Positions 45,724 to 55,358 are shown, counted from the stretch's first letter. The stretch: DNA of 64,000 nucleotides from Candidatus Parcubacteria bacterium (GCA_039795775.1 JBDKLC010000003.1:797-64796), one strand, 5' to 3'. Notes: generated by a model not told the origin, from the letters alone. Program-made: numbers and translations.

Positions 45724-46272
45724 ATGCGAAGCAGCAGCACAAAAATTCTCATACTCGTTGTCCTTATAACACTCGCTGTGTTTGGCGGTTTCTATTTTGT
45801 CATTCATCGCATCAAAGCAATGAATGCAGCGGCAGATGTATTAAAGTCTGAAGTGGTAGATGCTCAAGTTCGTACCCTAAAGAATGAGTCACTTCGACAA
45901 GTAGCAATCTCTGGAGCTGATGAACTTGGTAAAATTGAAAAATATATTATTGAAGATGGAAAAGAAGTAGATGTCGTACAGCAGATTGAAGGTATAGCCG
46001 CAGCATCTGGACTCACATACAACACGGATCTTATTGCTGCAAAAGAATCTGCAACACTTACACCACAAAAGAAAGAACTCCTTACTATTTCAATTTCAAC
46101 AGTAGGTACTTGGAAAAATACAAGAAAGTTTTTAACCCTCATTGAAAATCTTCCATACAATGTAAAAATTGATTTTGCTGATTTGTCATTAAGATCAGGT
46201 GACGGAACACAAGAAGCGGGGGAATGGGCAGCAAAGTTTGAATTTTCGCTCGTAAAGAAAAAAGCACAATAA
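45724..46272 (+). CDS. pilO: PilO-like pilus assembly protein
   Basis: Topology and operon position. Confidence 0.4.
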   Translation: MRSSSTKILILVVLITLAVFGGFYFVIHRIKAMNAAADVLKSEVVDAQVRTLKNESLRQVAISGADELGKIEKYIIEDGKEVDVVQQIEGIAAASGLTYNTDLIAAKESATLTPQKKELLTISISTVGTWKNTRKFLTLIENLPYNVKIDFADLSLRSGDGTQEAGEWAAKFEFSLVKKKAQ

Positions 46273-46276
46273 ATAT

Positions 46277-46651
46277 ATGACTGACTTAAAAGATAAATTG
46301 AAACACATATATGTATTTGGAAAGTTCGCTGAAAAAGATTGGCGAAGAGTTCTTATACTCTGTTTCTGCCTTTCAATTATTCTTATTGTATGGAGTACTC
46401 TATTTTTCCTTCATGTTCAATCTGCTACTGATTCAGTAAACCTCGTCATTGGCTCTACAAAAACACTTTCGGGAAGAACAAAAGGTGATGAACTCAAAGA
46501 ACTTGTTTCTCGATATGAACAAAAAGCAGATACATTCAAACGGATTTATGGTTCATCATTGATTCCAAAATCTTCATCTACGCTCACGGCTAGTTCGAGT
46601 GCGAATTCAAACGCAACGACAAGTTCAAGTTCTGTTGACCGTGCTCGTTAG
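46277..46651 (+). CDS. hypothetical membrane-anchored Ser-rich protein (possible PilP-like)
   Basis: One TM helix, operon position after pilO. Confidence 0.3.
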   Translation: MTDLKDKLKHIYVFGKFAEKDWRRVLILCFCLSIILIVWSTLFFLHVQSATDSVNLVIGSTKTLSGRTKGDELKELVSRYEQKADTFKRIYGSSLIPKSSSTLTASSSANSNATTSSSSVDRAR

Positions 46652-46686
46652 TTTCTGTTATGCTCGGTGAGCGATGGCGCTCAATT

Positions 46687-46758
46687 GCCCCTGTAGTTCA
46701 ATGGATAGAACTGCGGACTTCTAAGCCGTCAATGTTGGTTCGATTCCAACCGGGGGCA
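46687..46758 (+). tRNA. tRNA-Arg (anticodon TCT)
   Basis: Hand-folded: acceptor GCCCCTG/CGGGGGC, D-stem GTTC/GAAC, anticodon loop CTTCTAA, T-loop TTCGATT. Confidence 0.7.
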
Positions 46759-46936
46759 CAAAATATAAAAAGGTATGAACTGCTGCATACTTTTTTTATT
46801 TTGTGCCAGCCGGAGCTATGTTTTCTTAGCAAAGAAAACGAGCGAGGCGGGCCCGAGGAAGTTTTTGAGCGACGGCGAAAAAACTATCCGTGGGCACATA
46901 AAAAAAAGACTGCAGCAATGCAGTCTTTTTTCTTTT

Positions 46937-47012
46937 TGGTGGGAGATACAGGACTCGAACCTGTGACCTTCCCGGTGTAAACGGGTTGCTCTACCAACTG
47001 AGCTAATCTCCC
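46937..47012 (-). tRNA. tRNA-Val (anticodon TAC), CCA encoded
   Basis: Hand-folded: GGGAGAT acceptor, anticodon loop TTTACAC, T-loop GGTTCGAGTCC, terminal CCA. Confidence 0.85.
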
Positions 47013-47140
47013 AAACGATGTTTTGTCTCTTTTTGACTATCATTCAGCCCTCCGTGGCAACAAACTGAATACGGGCATCATAAACTATTTTTGAAATACT
47101 TTCAACGTCTAAGCCAGAATAATCAAGAAAATGCCAAAAC

Positions 47141-47902
47141 GTGTGCTATAGTACCGCCATGACACCTGAAATACTCTTTGAGAACGACGACTTCCTCGCA
47201 ATCAACAAACCTGCTGGTTTGGTTGTTCACCCTGACGGTAGAAGTACAGAACCCACACTTTCTGACTGGGTTTTGGCCAATTATCCGCAGACAAAGTTCG
47301 TTGGTGATCCTATCAAAATGCCTAACGGCACACTTCTCTATAGACCAGGCATTGTGCACCGACTCGACAAAGAGACATCAGGAGTAATGATTATTGCAAA
47401 AACTCAAAAATCATTCGATTTCTTCAAACAGCAGTTCATGGAACGAGAAGTACGAAAGATGTATAACGCCTTCGTGTGGGGGATTATAAAAGAGGATAAG
47501 GGCAAAATTGAACGACCAATTGGCCGAAGTAAGACAGATTTCCGAAAATGGTCGGCTGAACGGCACGCCCGAGGAGAACTCAGAGAGGCTATTACTGAAT
47601 ACATTGTAGTGTCACGAAAGCAGGCAGATCATATTTCAGGAAAAATCCCTAAAAACTTCACATACCTTGAGGTATATCCTAAAACTGGCCGTACACACCA
47701 GATTCGAGTGCATTTTAAGGCTGTAAACCACCCTGTAGTGGCCGATTCGCTCTACGCAGAGAACCACCCAAAGGAGCTCGGATTCAACCGTGTAGCCCTC
47801 CATGCACGTACTATAGAGATAGAGGCACCAGACGGTCAGATGCACATGTTTGAGGCCCCATTACCAGAGGATTTCAAAAAAGCCTTAGCTAGCTTCTCAT
47901 AA
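47141..47902 (+). CDS. RluA family pseudouridine synthase
   Basis: HRLDKETSGVMIIAKT catalytic Asp motif. Confidence 0.8.
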   Translation: MCYSTAMTPEILFENDDFLAINKPAGLVVHPDGRSTEPTLSDWVLANYPQTKFVGDPIKMPNGTLLYRPGIVHRLDKETSGVMIIAKTQKSFDFFKQQFMEREVRKMYNAFVWGIIKEDKGKIERPIGRSKTDFRKWSAERHARGELREAITEYIVVSRKQADHISGKIPKNFTYLEVYPKTGRTHQIRVHFKAVNHPVVADSLYAENHPKELGFNRVALHARTIEIEAPDGQMHMFEAPLPEDFKKALASFS

Positions 47903-47942
47903 TCTTTGACTTATAAGATAAGTTTTGTTATATTGCAGGGCC

Positions 47943-48425
47943 ATGGCAGCAATCAAAGGAACAACTCAAAATAAAGGTGGTACAGCTCCACGATCTACAA
48001 AAGTAACTATTGCTAAGATCGACAAAAACTCTCGAGCAAATTTCGATATGAAATCGGGAGACACTGTGCGAGTACACCTCAAAATTCAGGAAAAAGGTAA
48101 GACACGACTTCAGGTTTTTGAAGGTCTTGTACTTGCTCGAAAGCACGGTAACGAAGCCGGAGCTACATTTACAGTACGAAAAGTATCTAACGGATACGGA
48201 GTAGAACGAATCTTCCCATTGTACTCACCATCAATCGACAAGATTGAAATTACAAAGCGAGCACAGGTTCGACGAGCTAAGCTTTACTACATCCGAGACA
48301 AAGCAGCTAAGGAAATCAGTAAGCGAATGAAAATGGAGATGATGAAATCTGATACTAATGACTTCAAAGAAGCCGTAGTAGAAGAAGCTCCAGCAGAAGC
48401 CGCTCCTGCAGAAGTTACAGCCTAA
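47943..48425 (+). CDS. rplS: 50S ribosomal protein L19 with Ala/Glu-rich C-terminal extension
   Basis: GDTVRVH...QVFEG...FTVRK..NG.GVER L19 signature. Confidence 0.85.
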   Translation: MAAIKGTTQNKGGTAPRSTKVTIAKIDKNSRANFDMKSGDTVRVHLKIQEKGKTRLQVFEGLVLARKHGNEAGATFTVRKVSNGYGVERIFPLYSPSIDKIEITKRAQVRRAKLYYIRDKAAKEISKRMKMEMMKSDTNDFKEAVVEEAPAEAAPAEVTA

Positions 48426-48528
48426 CCTCTAGAAAAGTCCCCGAAAGGGGATTTTTTCTTTTATATTTCCCTCGGATGTGTGTGTTGCTATTGAAAAAAG
48501 TCTAATAACTGCTATAGTATCCCCACAT

Positions 48529-48612
48529 GCGCAGGTGGCGAAACTGGTAGACGCACTACCTTGAGGTGGTAGCGCCCGCAAGGGTATGGAAGTTCAAGTC
48601 TTCTCCTGCGCA
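48529..48612 (+). tRNA. tRNA-Leu (anticodon GAG), long variable arm
   Basis: Hand-folded: acceptor GCGCAGG/CCTGCGC, anticodon loop TTGAGGT, long extra arm, followed by terminator hairpin 48625-48650. Confidence 0.75.
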
Positions 48613-48953
48613 CAAAAAAGTTAAAAATCCCCATTGTTGGGGATTTTTACTTTTTGTGAACCGGAGCGATCTACTTGTGTGAATGTAGATGTGAATGTAG
48701 AAAAGCAAACGGTCTTTTTAAATATTTGATATGTGATATCTGGCTTATTGAGCATCGTGTCACAAAATGTCATACAACCGACATTCGGATGGCAGGGCAA
48801 TGTCACTAAAATGTCAGTATGTGACATCATACAAAAAGTCACAAAAGAGGAACTGAAAGATCTGGCACAAAAGAGCAATCATAAGACTTAAGTCATGAAA
48901 CAACATTGTGGATTGCCCCTGTATCCCGGCACGGCTGGTGATACAATAACCCT

Positions 48954-49757
48954 ATGAAAAAGAACCTCGGTCTTATTGTTATATTAATCATCGTATTTAG
49001 TGGAGCGTCATTTCTGTATTTGAAGGCTTTTAAAAAGGGGGAAGAAGCTCATCAGTTTTCGCACGCAAGTTCGACTGAGCCAGTTATTGTTCAGTATATA
49101 GAGCTCATCCCACGAAGTTTCAATGAATCAAGTAAGACATCAGGATATGAAGTGAAAGCTACATATCCAGAAGTTGCAGGTCTACGAAATACATACGCCC
49201 AAAAGACTATCAACGAAATAATCGTCAAAAAAGTTCAGTCTGTGATTTCTGATTTTAAGAAATCTTTATCACAAGCTGAACATGAAAAAGATGAAATAAG
49301 CACACTGGATATTAACTTCACCCAAGAACGCATTACTGCAATAGCAAATATCGTCTCATTCAGACTTACAGAAGCATACTACGCAGCAGGTGCAGCACAT
49401 CCAGTACAAACAACAGAGACATACAGTTTTGATACACGCACAGGAAGAGTTATCAGCCTCAGTTTACTCTTTATCCCAGGTTCAGATTATCTTCAGAGAA
49501 TTTCTACATATAGTATTTCTGAATTAAAAAAGAAATTAGGAACAGCAGCAGATGAAGACCAAATAACACGAGGCGCGGGGCCTGATGCAGAAAACTTTCC
49601 AGCATTTGTCCTTGGTGACACAGGTATCAAAATAATTTTCAGCCAATACCAAGTAGCAGCATATGCAGCTGGAGAGCAAGAAATAGTCGTGCCATATGGA
49701 GAACTCAAAGAATTTATTTCAAAAGATGGTCCGATAGGAACAATTATTCAGCAATAG
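48954..49757 (+). CDS. secreted/membrane-anchored protein with DUF3298/DUF4163-like (RsiV-type) domain
   Basis: N-terminal TM/signal, weak recognition of the DUF3298 pattern. Confidence 0.35.
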   Translation: MKKNLGLIVILIIVFSGASFLYLKAFKKGEEAHQFSHASSTEPVIVQYIELIPRSFNESSKTSGYEVKATYPEVAGLRNTYAQKTINEIIVKKVQSVISDFKKSLSQAEHEKDEISTLDINFTQERITAIANIVSFRLTEAYYAAGAAHPVQTTETYSFDTRTGRVISLSLLFIPGSDYLQRISTYSISELKKKLGTAADEDQITRGAGPDAENFPAFVLGDTGIKIIFSQYQVAAYAAGEQEIVVPYGELKEFISKDGPIGTIIQQ

Positions 49758-49773
49758 TAAAAATAAATCAGAT

Positions 49774-50361
49774 ATGTTGTATACACGAAAAGGGGATGGA
49801 GGCACAACCAAAACATTTGGTTGCACACAACGAATGTCAAAAGGTTCACCTGTAGCAGAAGCACTGGGGTCACTTGATGAAGTGAATTCTTTTCTTGGTG
49901 TTGTAAAAGTGGCGAGTGCAAAAAGTGGATTCAAAGTAGACCTTGCTGGGGGACAGCGAGCGTTCGAAGCGGTGGTTCACAATATTCAAGAAACACTCTT
50001 TATTATTCAGGCAGAAGTGGCGGGCTTTCCAAAACCACTCCCAGATGGAAAAGTTGCTCAGACAGAAGAGATCATTGATACGATAGAAAAAATGCTTCCG
50101 CCAATCAAAACATTCTTTATTTCAGGTGGAAGTGAGCTCGCCGCACTCTTTGATGTGTCCCGCACAATGGCGCGGCGAGCAGAACGTCGAGTAGTTGGCC
50201 TCAATGACGATATCAAGGCGGGCGTAGCGGGCCCACAAGCCACTCCAATATCAGAACCCGCTCTGGCTTACCTCAACCGGCTTTCAAGCCTTCTATACGC
50301 CATGGCACGGCTTAGCAACCACCTTGCTGGGGTTGTTGAAACACCACCGAGCTACCAATAG
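49774..50361 (+). CDS. PduO-type ATP:cob(I)alamin adenosyltransferase
   Basis: MLYTRKGDGGTT...EALGSLDEVNSFLG N-terminal signature of the PduO/MMAB family. Confidence 0.7.
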   Translation: MLYTRKGDGGTTKTFGCTQRMSKGSPVAEALGSLDEVNSFLGVVKVASAKSGFKVDLAGGQRAFEAVVHNIQETLFIIQAEVAGFPKPLPDGKVAQTEEIIDTIEKMLPPIKTFFISGGSELAALFDVSRTMARRAERRVVGLNDDIKAGVAGPQATPISEPALAYLNRLSSLLYAMARLSNHLAGVVETPPSYQ

Positions 50362-50452
50362 CCCCTGAACCTGTACAAAAGGCCAAAAATCGTGTTATAT
50401 TCTGATGCGTTCGCAGAAATAAGGTTTCTTACCGTATTTCAAAGAACCACAT

Positions 50453-50525
50453 GGTGTCTATGGTGTAAAGGTTAACACTGGAGTTTGTGGAACTCTCAAT
50501 TCGGGTTCAATTCCCGATAGACACC
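50453..50525 (+). tRNA. tRNA-His (anticodon GTG) with genomically encoded G-1 and C73 discriminator
   Basis: Hand-folded: 8 bp acceptor including G-1:C73, anticodon loop TTGTGGA. Followed by terminator AAAAGCCCGCGAAAGCGGGTTTTT (50534-50560). Confidence 0.8.
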
Positions 50526-50594
50526 CTCGTATGAAAAGCCCGCGAAAGCGGGTTTTTCTATTGAACAAAAGAATCTGACTTGTATAATTACACT

Positions 50595-50810
50595 ATGAAA
50601 AAACTTATTATCTCAATTGTCATTATTGTAGTAGCTGTGTTTGTATATCCTAAGTCATACATTTCTTCACCAGGATTTGTAACACCAGAAGCGTATGCAG
50701 AATTCAACAAGACAAGTAAGAAATGCGTAGGGTACAGTTATCTTACAAACGCTGAAGCTATGGCAGCTGACGCACCAGGAAAGAGTGTTTGCTTTGGTTG
50801 GCTCAAATAA
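50595..50810 (+). CDS. small secreted hypothetical protein
   Basis: Signal-peptide-like N-terminus. Confidence 0.3.
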   Translation: MKKLIISIVIIVVAVFVYPKSYISSPGFVTPEAYAEFNKTSKKCVGYSYLTNAEAMAADAPGKSVCFGWLK

Positions 50811-50870
50811 GAGTAACGCAAAGATGTACGAGAAGGTCCTGTGGCAACTTAATCTAGTAACTACCATATA

Positions 50871-51404
50871 ATGAAAAAAGAAATTGAAGTAAAGGTGAAA
50901 GTTGATAGGTTTGATATATGTATGTCTTTACTTGAAAAAGAAGGTTGTACATTTTCTGATCCTATTGAACAGGACGATATGGTGTTCGTTAACTATGACG
51001 GCGATTATCTTCAGTTTCCACACGGAGCAAATTATCTCCGAATACGAAAAACAAAAGATGGTGCGTTCTTCACTCTAAAACGGGGAAGTGAGATGGATAG
51101 TATTGAAAGAGAGACATCAATCTCGAATCCTGAAGAAATGAGAGACGCTTTACTATTTATGGGGTATCACGAAGTTGTACAAGTGCGAAAGATTCGTACT
51201 AAAACAAAGTATAAACAATATGAAGTGTGTCTTGATGACGTTGAAGGGTTGGGAAAGTTTATTGAGTTAGAAAAAATAAGTGATGAAGACTCAGCTTTGG
51301 TGCAGCAAGAGCTTCTCGATCTCTTGAAAAGCTGGGGAGTAGAAATCAAAGAGCGAGTCCTAAACGGATATGATACTCTTATGTATATACAACATCACAA
51401 ATAA
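50871..51404 (+). CDS. CYTH domain protein (class IV adenylate cyclase / triphosphatase-like, CyaB family)
   Basis: N-terminal EIEVKVKV (ExExK) CYTH signature, ~177 aa. Confidence 0.65.
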   Translation: MKKEIEVKVKVDRFDICMSLLEKEGCTFSDPIEQDDMVFVNYDGDYLQFPHGANYLRIRKTKDGAFFTLKRGSEMDSIERETSISNPEEMRDALLFMGYHEVVQVRKIRTKTKYKQYEVCLDDVEGLGKFIELEKISDEDSALVQQELLDLLKSWGVEIKERVLNGYDTLMYIQHHK

Positions 51405-51409
51405 GATAT

Positions 51410-51592
51410 ATGACTATTAAATGGAATGAAGTTACATGGTATTCACGAATCGCCGCCCTTATATTTTTCCTCCTCATTTTACCAATCTGGGCATTTATTT
51501 TAGGAAATAAATACCAGCTAGCGAAATCATCTTTACAACAACCAGTTATGGTACAAACAAATGATACTTGTCCGGAGTGCACACTTGAATAG
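51410..51592 (+). CDS. small membrane protein; N-terminus paralogous to the 53225 gene
   Basis: MTIKWNEVTWYSRIAALIFFLLILPIWAFILG versus MVEWNTVTWYSKIATLVVLLGVVPTIAFLVG. Confidence 0.4.
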   Translation: MTIKWNEVTWYSRIAALIFFLLILPIWAFILGNKYQLAKSSLQQPVMVQTNDTCPECTLE

Positions 51593-51611
51593 TGCAAAAA
51601 TAAATCTATCA

Positions 51612-51914
51612 ATGAACTTTACTGAAAAAGTATATAAAGTGGTACACAGAATTCCAAAAGGAAATGTTGCCACATACGGACAGGTGGCAAAGATGGCTGG
51701 TAATGTGCGAGCAGCCAGAGCTGTTGGTATGGCTATGAGCCAAAATAAAGATACAAAAAAGATTCCATGTCATCGAGTTGTCTCTTCAACTGGTGCGCTC
51801 ACTGGATATGCGTTTGGGGGTATTACTTCAAAAAAGAAATTACTTCAGTCTGAAGGTGTGGTGTTTAAAAAAGAAAAAGTAGATTTGAACGTGTCACTGT
51901 GGTCAGGGAAGTAG
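51612..51914 (+). CDS. MGMT-family DNA-binding domain protein (methylated-DNA-protein-cysteine methyltransferase C-terminal domain, PCHRV active site)
   Basis: PCHRVV motif with flanking HTH. Only ~100 aa, so a stand-alone C-terminal domain. Confidence 0.7.
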   Translation: MNFTEKVYKVVHRIPKGNVATYGQVAKMAGNVRAARAVGMAMSQNKDTKKIPCHRVVSSTGALTGYAFGGITSKKKLLQSEGVVFKKEKVDLNVSLWSGK

Positions 51915-51917
51915 TGG

Positions 51918-52376
51918 ATGTTTGATATACTTATCAACATGAACCTTTTTGTAACATTTTTCACTTGTGTAGTATTGGCCGTATTTGGCTGGTACTACAT
52001 TGGTGGTTTTAATGTTCAATATCACTCACTTTATAATTTTAAGTGGCAAGGCTGTTCAGCCGAAGAAGTCACTCACAATGCTCCTAGAGAAGCACGAGGA
52101 TCTTTTGTTAATGGCGTATTTGTTATCAAGGCTCAAAAAGAAGCAATGTGCTCAGCCATGGGAATGTCTGGCAAATTGAATGTGGATAGTGAAAAAAATA
52201 TCATCACTCTTGATGAAGTAAAAAGCTATGGGTCATTTATACCTGTAAAATGTACATGTAATTACGACATTACATACGAAGTAAAAAACCTTCCTAATCA
52301 AAATGAAGATTTCTATATTATTTCAAATATTACTCGGCCTTCTATCATACCGATAGAAAACCATTACGGACTATAG
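51918..52376 (+). CDS. hypothetical membrane-anchored Cys-containing protein
   Basis: ORF with N-terminal TM helix. Confidence 0.3.
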   Translation: MFDILINMNLFVTFFTCVVLAVFGWYYIGGFNVQYHSLYNFKWQGCSAEEVTHNAPREARGSFVNGVFVIKAQKEAMCSAMGMSGKLNVDSEKNIITLDEVKSYGSFIPVKCTCNYDITYEVKNLPNQNEDFYIISNITRPSIIPIENHYGL

Positions 52377-53171
52377 AAGATTTCGTTTCCAGTTGTCTAA
52401 GATAACAGCTGTTGCTACAGACGCGTTGAGTGATTCTGCTTTTCCAAAAGCAGGGATGGTGATTTTTTCTTTAATAATTGCTGAAATTTCAGAAGAGATT
52501 CCGTTTGATTCATTACCCATAACGAGAATGCCTTCTTTTGGAAATTTGTATGTGTGTACGGATGTTCCGTTGAGGAAAGCTCCGAGAATAGGAAGTGAAG
52601 TTTCCTTCAAGAATTCTTCAAGGTTTGTATACATCATTTGAACTCGAGTGAATGATCCCATTGTGGCAGAAATTGTTTTACTGTTATAGAAGTCAGTTGT
52701 TGTTGCTGAAGCAATGATTTTCTTTATACCGTACCAGTCAGCGATTCTGATGATAGTGCCGAGGTTCCCAGGGTCTCTGATCGTATCGAGAGCAAGAACA
52801 AGTTCACCTGATCCTACAGAAAGGGAAGTTGCTGGTTTTTGTTTAGCGATAGCCAGCGCTGCATTGTTTGTCTCGAGGGTACCCATATTTTCAATTTCTT
52901 TTTGTTCAACGAGTTCCCATGCAACCTGAGATGTATTGAGGAGTTGAAGATATTTTTGTTTGAAGTACGCAGTGATGAAAAGAGCATCAAGTTTGAAGTC
53001 TGACTGTAAAAGCTCAACAACACTTTTTTCTCCTTCGACAACAAAAAGACCCTTCTCGTTTCGGTATTTTTTCTCCTGTAATTGCTGAATTGATTTTGCT
53101 CGTCCTTTTGTAAGCATATAGCGTGTATTGGTTAGTGACTCGATTCTAGCGCATACATCGAAGAATAACAA
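52371..53171 (-). CDS. TrmH/SpoU family rRNA 2'-O-methyltransferase (RlmB-like, group 3)
   Basis: N-terminal substrate-binding domain plus SPOUT motifs (GNLGTIIR, NESNGIS, SLNASVATAVIL). Confidence 0.75.
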   Translation of the reverse strand: MLFFDVCARIESLTNTRYMLTKGRAKSIQQLQEKKYRNEKGLFVVEGEKSVVELLQSDFKLDALFITAYFKQKYLQLLNTSQVAWELVEQKEIENMGTLETNNAALAIAKQKPATSLSVGSGELVLALDTIRDPGNLGTIIRIADWYGIKKIIASATTTDFYNSKTISATMGSFTRVQMMYTNLEEFLKETSLPILGAFLNGTSVHTYKFPKEGILVMGNESNGISSEISAIIKEKITIPAFGKAESLNASVATAVILDNWKRNLL

Positions 53172-53224
53172 TTTTTTGATATACTATTTAAGGTTTTTTA
53201 ACTTATCATTAATTACTACTTATA

Positions 53225-53770
53225 ATGGTTGAATGGAATACAGTTACTTGGTACTCAAAGATTGCCACACTAGTTGTTTTGCTCGGAGTAGTTCCTACAA
53301 TCGCATTTCTTGTTGGATCTCAGTATGGACTGACAATTCTTACAATTGAAGAGTCTCAACTTTCGAATCAAACTCTCGTTGTACCAGCGTCTCAGCGTGA
53401 AAAACAGCTTGCATCATCCACCAAGGGAATCCTCGCACAAGTTCAAAAAAGTCTTGTTGGAACATGGCAGAGTCTTATAGATAAAAAGTACGTTGTAATT
53501 TTTTCGAAATCTGGAGAACTTCGTGAAGAGTACCGAGACCCAGAAATTGTTGGTGACCCAACCGTAGATAGGGGAACGTGGAAAGTGTTGGGTGAATTTC
53601 AGATGTCTGACTTGCAACTTACAACAGATTTTAGTGACGGAGCTTTTTTGAAAAAAGTATTTGTTGATGGTCATGCGTATAACTACAAAGTTGTACGAAT
53701 TGGTACAAGTACTCTCGAGCTTATGTATCTTGATACGGGTAAATTAAATAAATTTACGAAAGTTAAATAA
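53225..53770 (+). CDS. hypothetical membrane-anchored protein, paralogous N-terminus to 51410
   Basis: Shared N-terminal module followed by a ~140 aa extracytoplasmic domain. Confidence 0.4.
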   Translation: MVEWNTVTWYSKIATLVVLLGVVPTIAFLVGSQYGLTILTIEESQLSNQTLVVPASQREKQLASSTKGILAQVQKSLVGTWQSLIDKKYVVIFSKSGELREEYRDPEIVGDPTVDRGTWKVLGEFQMSDLQLTTDFSDGAFLKKVFVDGHAYNYKVVRIGTSTLELMYLDTGKLNKFTKVK

Positions 53771-53787
53771 TATATAAAGAAAAGATA

Positions 53788-53822
53788 AAAAACATCCCTC
53801 ACAGAGGGATGTTTTTTTATGC
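53788..53822. terminator. bidirectional terminator (AAAAACATCCCTCACAGAGGGATGTTTTTTT)
   Basis: Perfect hairpin. Confidence 0.7.
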
Positions 53823-54155
53823 TGCCATTCTTGTGTCGTGTTCTGCCGAGTCACCAGCTTCAGTGAGGTTGAGAGCTATGTGTGAGTTTTCTTGGTGTTT
53901 TGGTCCAGGAAGAGTGTTGAGAGCATCTTCTGTCATTAAAATGTCTGCTTTGATGTTTTCAATTTCTTTAAAGAGTTCCTCTTTTGTAGGGCTAGAGGCA
54001 TCTTTTGCTTCTGTTTCGAGTTGGAGAACAAGGGCGTAGAACGCAGCGAGTCGATCTTCGAGTTCTGGACGAGTCCAGTTTTCAAAAGGGCCTGATTCTA
54101 CAGCTGGAGTTAGTGATTCAGGGGAGTGTATTGTTGGTTCGAATTTTTCTTTCAT
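53817..54155 (-). CDS. hypothetical acidic protein
   Basis: ORF only. Confidence 0.3.
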   Translation of the reverse strand: MKEKFEPTIHSPESLTPAVESGPFENWTRPELEDRLAAFYALVLQLETEAKDASSPTKEELFKEIENIKADILMTEDALNTLPGPKHQENSHIALNLTEAGDSAEHDTRMAA

Positions 54156-54384
54156 GTACTGATTATATACCGGATATAGAAAAAATATTCATGTAAAAAG
54201 AGAAGGATTTCCACAGGTGGATAAGAGCACTAGTTTAATAGGGAATGGGGGGATAAGAGTACACAATTCACCAGATATTTGACACTTTGACAAGTGAGGA
54301 GTAGCATCAATTTTGGACTTCTGAATCACAACCCGGTTCGTTACTGTCCACAACTGAAACTCAACCCAATAGATCGTTTAATTA

Positions 54385-55287
54385 ATGAATAGAAAAAGAC
54401 TCAAAATTCTCCCAGTCCCTGGAGCTCTCGAAGCACAGTGGTCGAGGTGTCTTGTATTTTGCCCAATGCGGCGATATAGCCCTCGGGAGTTCTTGCAACT
54501 CTTTGGTCCTCACGACGTGATGACCTATGCCAAACCTGGCCGGTTGCTCATTGAAGGAGACCCTACAGGGGGTCACATCAATGTCATTCATCGCAAGATG
54601 GAAGTCACAACTCGTCTTCATGAGTGGGAAACTCTGGTGGTCGTCACTGACCAGCGGACTGCAGACCCAAACATGTTGGTGGAAAGGCTTACTCTGGAAG
54701 CGCTTCGTGCTAGACGGGATACCGTTATGCTCGGGCGCCTCAGAGTGCTACACATCCACATTGGCGAAAACAGCACGTGGGATGACCACGGAATGAAGCT
54801 GACCTTTCCTCTGCAGTGTCTCAAGTGCATCGAAGTGGGCTGTCTGGATCCGCGTTTGGTCAACGGACGAGCTAATCGTCCGCCCAAAAAACGAAAACCC
54901 ATATTTTCTTATCCAGCAGTGTTACTCGATTTAGTCCAAGGCAATGAAGAGGAATCCCGGTGGCTTGTGGAAAATCTCTCGCATGCCGTAGCACATTACG
55001 GAACACGTAAGATCGTCATTCAAGCACATGAAGATTGCAAAGCTCATCCGGTCCCCGGCGAGCAGGAAAACTTGCATGTTGGAATGAAGGCCCGTCAGGA
55101 AGTGTCCGAAAAGGCAATCCAAATCCTGAGCAAAGTGCCTTCTTTGCGCAACGTTCGTTTTTCTCTCGGCTACGAAACACTCGACGGAGTGCGTCTGGCT
55201 GTCCGTCGTCAACGACTGGGTCTTCAGGACGAACAACTCATCGTCTCTGGACTTCCTATGTCTGGAATGGAATCAGCACCTCACTAA
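54385..55287 (+). CDS. hypothetical protein in a GC-elevated (~51%) cassette (true start may be internal)
   Basis: Composition shift. Followed by a very GC-rich hairpin terminator. Confidence 0.4.
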   Translation: MNRKRLKILPVPGALEAQWSRCLVFCPMRRYSPREFLQLFGPHDVMTYAKPGRLLIEGDPTGGHINVIHRKMEVTTRLHEWETLVVVTDQRTADPNMLVERLTLEALRARRDTVMLGRLRVLHIHIGENSTWDDHGMKLTFPLQCLKCIEVGCLDPRLVNGRANRPPKKRKPIFSYPAVLLDLVQGNEEESRWLVENLSHAVAHYGTRKIVIQAHEDCKAHPVPGEQENLHVGMKARQEVSEKAIQILSKVPSLRNVRFSLGYETLDGVRLAVRRQRLGLQDEQLIVSGLPMSGMESAPH

Positions 55288-55295
55288 AATCAAAC

Positions 55296-55336
55296 AATGG
55301 CCGGCGCCCCTCTTCGAGAGGGCGCCGGCCATAACC
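55296..55336 (+). terminator. GC-rich terminator hairpin GGCCGGCGCCCTCttcgaGAGGGCGCCGGCC
   Basis: 13 bp perfect GC stem; atypical for this AT-rich genome. Confidence 0.6.
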
Positions 55337-55358
55337 ATTTTTATACTTATTTTCCTCA

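Noticed and set aside
48681-48702. Tandem GTGAATGTAGA repeat as a possible CRISPR fragment
   Set aside because: Only two short units, no spacer-repeat periodicity, no cas genes. No CRISPR array found anywhere in the window.
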